Assembly (NCBI GenBank): GCA_029261065.1
Contig: JAJDCB010000030.1
Coordinates: 324,876-388,875, forward strand
DNA: 64,000 nt
Direction of reading: 5' to 3'
Source: Candidatus Omnitrophota bacterium
GTDB taxonomy: Bacteria; Omnitrophota; Gorgyraeia; Zapsychrales; Zapsychraceae
A program made the translations under genes and the position numbers. Position 1 is the stretch's first letter. Every line of letters starts with the position of its first letter. The notes under the pieces were generated by a model, which saw only the letters and a program-made list of their open reading frames with translations, had not been told where the DNA came from and made no database searches. This document shows positions 63,684 to 64,000 of this stretch, piece by piece.

Positions 63684-64000
63684 ATGGCTTTTAAGCGAGA
63701 TATAGATACTATCTTAGTAACTGGGGCTTCGGGGAAACTCGGAAGTAGCATTGTTAGTTCCGGTTTATTTAAGAATATCTTAAGTCCTTCAAGAGAAGAG
63801 TTGGATATAACGGATAGCAACTCTGTGAATAAATATATCGAATCTTACGATTTTGATGCTGTTATTCATTGTGCGGCTTTAGCTAGGGTTAAGATGTGCG
63901 AAAAAGAGCCGCAAAAAGCTAGATCCACAAACGTTTATGGTACGGGACATTTAGTCGATGCCATAACGAAGAAAGAAGCTCAATTGCATACAGCTATCCG
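63684..64000 (+). CDS. RmlD-like NDP-4-keto sugar reductase (runs off the 3' end)
   Basis: My translation: MAFKRDIDTILVTGASGKLG...SREELDIT...VIHCAA....CE..P..A..TNV.GT. Confidence 0.75.
   Translation, partial: MAFKRDIDTILVTGASGKLGSSIVSSGLFKNILSPSREELDITDSNSVNKYIESYDFDAVIHCAALARVKMCEKEPQKARSTNVYGTGHLVDAITKKEAQLHTAI

Overview
AT-rich bacterial window, almost all on the + strand, with three parts. (1) 1-2.7 kb: the end of a nucleotide-sugar epimerase gene and two minus-strand envelope genes. (2) 2.9-13.5 kb: a cobalamin-riboswitch-controlled B12 uptake operon (btuB, a small Cys-rich ORF missing from the ORF track, a Dph6/DUF71-like ATPase, btuF, btuD, btuC). It is followed by two toxin-antitoxin cassettes, each trailed by a diverged copy of the btuC 3' end, and two secreted hypothetical proteins. 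(3) 13.6-64 kb: a glycan locus of over 50 kb headed by a MarR-type regulator. It contains heptose/transketolase, C-methyl/amino/formyl sugar and CDP-glucose modules, an ABC flippase, and a legionaminic-acid-type pathway with HisF/HisH and a tandem-duplicated amidotransferase. It also has a pyruvate kinase-ATP sulfurylase fusion with APS kinase and a sulfotransferase, a CYTH-DUF4956-CotH-VTC block and an MNT-HEPN cassette. The intergenic DNA holds several palindromic repeat families. The most unusual signals are 34-41 nt twin-hairpin micro-elements inserted at TTG|TA with no target duplication, TA cassettes that appear to arrive with a replacement gene tail, and strand-asymmetric G/T versus C/A composition halos around these elements. 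No transposase, integrase, rRNA, tRNA or CRISPR array was seen. All family assignments come from reading motifs by eye; no database search was run.
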